64,000 nt of DNA from Nitrospirota bacterium. GTDB taxonomy: Bacteria > Nitrospirota > Thermodesulfovibrionia > Thermodesulfovibrionales > SM23-35. A program made the translations under genes and the position numbers. The stretch covers positions 133,339 to 197,338 of the forward strand of contig JBMOLW010000033.1 in assembly GCA_049323875.1 (NCBI GenBank), in the 5' to 3' direction. Each line of letters begins with the position of its first letter. Position 1 is the first letter of the stretch. Shown piece after piece: positions 62,173 to 64,000 of the stretch. The notes beneath the pieces were generated by a model. That model was not told the origin of the DNA, did not search any database, and worked only from the letters and a program-made list of their open reading frames with translations.

Positions 62173-62604
62173 ATGCCTGTATCCCAAGACAGAAAACCCA
62201 TTGAGCCGGCCAAGATTGTCGTCAGGTTTGCCGACGGCACGCTCCTGAAAGGTTATACCCATGATTTTTATCCGAACAAACCGGCTTTCCACCTCTCGTC
62301 AGACTTTGACGATATCACGCGGGAAGGAATCAAGGTCCGCCTCAAAGACCTGAAAGCAGTCTTCTTCGTGAAGGATTTCGAAGGTGACCCTTCCTATAAA
62401 GAAATGAAAGAGTTAAAGTCAGACGATGAGGTACTTGACCTGAAAATCGAGGTTGAATTCAAGGACGGCGAATTCATGGCAGGAACCACGGTAGGGTATA
62501 CCGAGGACCGTCCCGGCTTTTTTCTCTTTCCTGTCGACGCCAGATCCAACAATGAACGTGCCTTTATCATAAGCGCTGCGGTTAAAAAAGTACGCTTTAT
62601 CTGA
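62173..62604 (+). CDS. hypothetical protein with an internal duplication
   Basis: 143 aa. IVVRFADGTLLKGYTHDFYPNKPAFHL is echoed by IEVEFKDGEFMAGTTVGYTEDRPGFFLF. Confidence 0.45.
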   Translation: MPVSQDRKPIEPAKIVVRFADGTLLKGYTHDFYPNKPAFHLSSDFDDITREGIKVRLKDLKAVFFVKDFEGDPSYKEMKELKSDDEVLDLKIEVEFKDGEFMAGTTVGYTEDRPGFFLFPVDARSNNERAFIISAAVKKVRFI

Positions 62605-62649
62605 TAAAAACACTGCTCCGCCCTTTGTGTCGGTTGTTGTTCTGAACGG

Positions 62650-64000
62650 TTATACCGTCGTAGCCTCCCTCGCCTCCCTCAGCCAGAGGAGCCGTGAACC
62701 ATTGATGACTGATGCGTTTACGGATTCGATAAAATCACCCGGTGAAATCTCAAATCCTTCCCGCCGGATAAAAGGGCTGGAGGCAATTTTTGTCTTCACC
62801 TTTGCAGCTTTCTTTATCTCGGCTTCGGTGGGTTGTTTGAACTTCCTGCCAAGAGCCTTCGCAAGGGCAAGAAAGATATCTCTGTGGTTCTTGCTATTTT
62901 CCGGGGGATCACTACATTTTTTCAGATGTTTGATCCTTCCGAGGTAATCGACAATAGTCCCTCCGGACTCCAAAAATACTGCTGATGGGAGCACGATATC
63001 AGCCTGTTGGGCCAAATCCGTAAGGTGTGAATTTTGTACAATAAGGAATTCAACGCCCTCCGGCCTTTTCTGCAATGGCACTTCGCCAACTGCATAAAGG
63101 ACTTTCACGGCACTCTTTGCACCCTGCTCCTTTATTCCTGTTCTGCCAGTCATCTCTTTATAGGTTCTTCCCTCTGTCTTCAGACCCAGGGAAACGATAC
63201 CCCGGGCATTGCTTTCGAGAGGCACTGCAATAATTTTCCCCTTCAGGAGAGCGATATTTGCTGCTGCATCAAACAGGGATGGCGAGGAAAAAATAACAGG
63301 CTCATGCGCATCGATAATCAGTGCTGCAGCCTTCTCAGTCTCTTCGGTGATCTCCGCATCTTTAACCGATTCTTCAATTGACTTATTCGCTTTGATACCT
63401 TTCCCGATAAGCGCTTTTGCAAGGCTCTTCAGGAGAGAGGCCTCGTCTCCCCTCAGATTCACGGTTGCGATACTCCCGATTTTTGTATCCTTTTCGTTTA
63501 TTACGATCAGTTTCGCTCCCCTGTCCACTCTTCTTCTTATTGCTGCATCAAGCGCAGGAAACACCCTATCCCACTGTGAGGGATTCAGGTCAACGAGGAG
63601 CATAAGGTCCGCGGTGTCCAAATCCGCTGTCTGTGATTTTTTGAAAACATCCCCGTCTCCATAAAGGCTAAGCGTAGTATCAAGATGCGGTGTCCTCACC
63701 ACATCAGCAGCAAATCTTCCGAGGGAGAGCGCATCCTCATTTGGTATCCCGGCTGTGCTGATAAATCCTGCATTCTTTCCCGTTTCTTTAAGCTTTGAAG
63801 CGGCTCGGGAAAGCGCCTCTTCCCATGAAGTCTCCTTCAGTTCCCCACCGTCTCTGACGAGCGGTGAGGCAAGGCGTGTCCCCCCTTCGAAACCATCAAA
63901 CCCGAACCTTCCGTATGCACAGAGGTATCGTTCAACAGAGCCCTCAGGAGCACCGGCATTGATCTTCTGTACCTTTCCGTCCCGAGCGCTCACTGTTATC
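62650..64000 (-). CDS. molybdopterin-oxidoreductase-family protein, NuoG-like; N-terminal part lies beyond the window
   Basis: The frame stays open upstream of the GTG at 63993. EGSVERYLCAYGRFGFD resembles the xGxLCxKGRFG motif that precedes the MopB-like domain of NuoG / formate dehydrogenase alpha subunits. Confidence 0.5.
   Translation of the reverse strand, partial: ITVSARDGKVQKINAGAPEGSVERYLCAYGRFGFDGFEGGTRLASPLVRDGGELKETSWEEALSRAASKLKETGKNAGFISTAGIPNEDALSLGRFAADVVRTPHLDTTLSLYGDGDVFKKSQTADLDTADLMLLVDLNPSQWDRVFPALDAAIRRRVDRGAKLIVINEKDTKIGSIATVNLRGDEASLLKSLAKALIGKGIKANKSIEESVKDAEITEETEKAAALIIDAHEPVIFSSPSLFDAAANIALLKGKIIAVPLESNARGIVSLGLKTEGRTYKEMTGRTGIKEQGAKSAVKVLYAVGEVPLQKRPEGVEFLIVQNSHLTDLAQQADIVLPSAVFLESGGTIVDYLGRIKHLKKCSDPPENSKNHRDIFLALAKALGRKFKQPTEAEIKKAAKVKTKIASSPFIRREGFEISPGDFIESVNASVINGSRLLWLREAREATTV

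Noticed and set aside
61331-62248. 305-aa plus-strand ORF
   Set aside because: It is antisense to scpA, whose N-terminus is canonical.

Overview
The window is a 64 kb bacterial chromosomal segment, probably from an anaerobic metal-respiring lineage (Desulfobacterota- or Nitrospirota-like); I cannot assign taxonomy from sequence alone.

**Positions 1-41,000: mostly housekeeping.** This part carries galU, ilvE, argS, nadE, rsmI, valS, nadC, tRNA-Pro(GGG), ihfA plus a MerR regulator, acpS, mtgA, argB, cstA, a family-4 uracil-DNA glycosylase, nadK, tsaE, pgeF, nnr, system II cytochrome c biogenesis genes (resB/ccsA) and htpX. Several less ordinary items sit among them:
- a trihaem c7-type cytochrome
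- a three-gene set resembling the bacterial ceramide pathway (reductase, Spt-like enzyme, GNAT acyltransferase)
- a PilT-type ATPase fused to tandem MshEN-like (c-di-GMP-binding type) motifs
- an 890-aa repeat coiled-coil envelope protein
- two small structured, MITE-like repeat elements

**Positions 41,841-61,006: the main signal.** This is a roughly 19 kb block with every gene on the minus strand. By my count it holds 71 CXXCH and 4 CX4-5CH haem motifs.
- Four paralogous cytochromes carry landmarks I remember from the Geobacter filament cytochrome OmcS, including the CxxCH-T-M-H histidine.
- There are also 26-haem, 16-haem and 8-haem cytochromes.
- Accessory genes are a PpiC/SurA-type isomerase lipoprotein, three lipoproteins carrying four copies of one domain, a 771-aa outer-membrane barrel with an inserted jelly-roll-like domain, a YVTN propeller lipoprotein and an NHL propeller.
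- Directly downstream on the same strand sit two V4R proteins and a hybrid histidine kinase with Cys-triad PAS domains.
- Within this window, only the gene junctions and 5' ends of this block carry inverted arrays of short tandem repeats: TGACCAA-type and GAGCAAA-type heptamers, and GGTTTACnn 9-mers.

I read the block as a candidate cytochrome-nanowire or extracellular-electron-transfer assembly system. All family assignments rest on motif-level recognition by eye and need database confirmation.
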